A stretch of 64,000 nucleotides of DNA from the NCBI GenBank assembly GCA_035264945.1, contig DATFPF010000123.1:1190-65189 (forward strand), in the 5' to 3' direction. This DNA comes from Rubrobacter sp. (GTDB taxonomy: Bacteria; Actinomycetota; Rubrobacteria; Rubrobacterales; Rubrobacteraceae). The notes under the pieces are model-generated. The model was not told the origin of the DNA. It did not search any database and worked only from the letters and a program-made list of their open reading frames with translations. The position numbers and the translations under genes are program-made. Numbering within the stretch: the first letter of the stretch is position 1; every line of letters starts with the position of its first letter. Shown here one piece after another: positions 63,531 through 64,000 of this stretch.

Positions 63531-63992
63531 GTGTCAAGGCAGAATACCGAGACCGTTGTGGGTTTGGTGCGCGAGCACTCTTCGGCGGCGTTGCGCTACG
63601 CGGCGGCCCTTGCCAAGCGCATGGGCATCGAGGCGTCGGAGTTGGCGGCGCTGGAGCATCTGGAGGGCTCGGGCCCGATGACGCCGGGTCGGTTGGGAAG
63701 GCGGCTCTCCATGAGCCCCGGGGCGATGACGGCGCTCGTCGACCGGCTGGAGGCGAGGGGCCACATCGAGCGGATGCCCAACCCGGAGGACCGCAGGAGC
63801 GCGCTCCTGCGCGGGACCGAGAAGGGGCTCGGCGACTCGCTTGAGCACCTCTGGCACTACATAGAAGAGATGCGCGGCATAGAAGAAGGTTTCACCGAAG
63901 AGGAGCGGCGGGTGATCTCTCGCTTCCTCAAGGCCGCCACCGAGGCCACCCACCGGCATGCGGAGAGGCTGTCCGACCCAGGAGGTACCTGA
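63531..63992 (+). CDS. MarR family regulator
   Basis: MTPG.L, TALVDRLE.RG.IER, DRRS. Confidence 0.9.
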   Translation: MSRQNTETVVGLVREHSSAALRYAAALAKRMGIEASELAALEHLEGSGPMTPGRLGRRLSMSPGAMTALVDRLEARGHIERMPNPEDRRSALLRGTEKGLGDSLEHLWHYIEEMRGIEEGFTEEERRVISRFLKAATEATHRHAERLSDPGGT

Positions 63993-64000
63993 AGAGTCCC

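Overview
High-GC actinobacterial-type chromosomal window; gene content and repeat style suggest a Rubrobacter-like organism, which is my inference. In order it holds: two convergent membrane glycosyltransferase-like genes; a PhoB/RegX3-like two-component pair; a signalling and polysaccharide cluster (2205-aa multi-PAS hybrid kinase, REC-GGDEF cyclase, single REC, HEAT-repeat protein, processive GT2, double-phosphatase membrane protein, GH16 lipoprotein); a TPP-riboswitch-led thiamine salvage operon; housekeeping genes (ferredoxin, Crp/Fnr, sortase, rhodanese, CCA enzyme, murB, nucleotidyltransferase); tRNA-Arg(ACG) followed by a decayed accessory region with a c-di-GMP-I riboswitch and an unknown paralogous family; a fructose PTS locus; and a divergent ArsR/thioredoxin locus carrying two diadenylate cyclase (DAC)-domain genes, one a DsbA-DAC fusion. 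Best candidates for an undescribed system are the redox-linked DAC locus, the putative c-di-GMP-controlled glucan cluster and the riboswitch-led paralogous family. No CRISPR array, integrase or transposase was seen. All family assignments come from motifs read by eye, not database searches.
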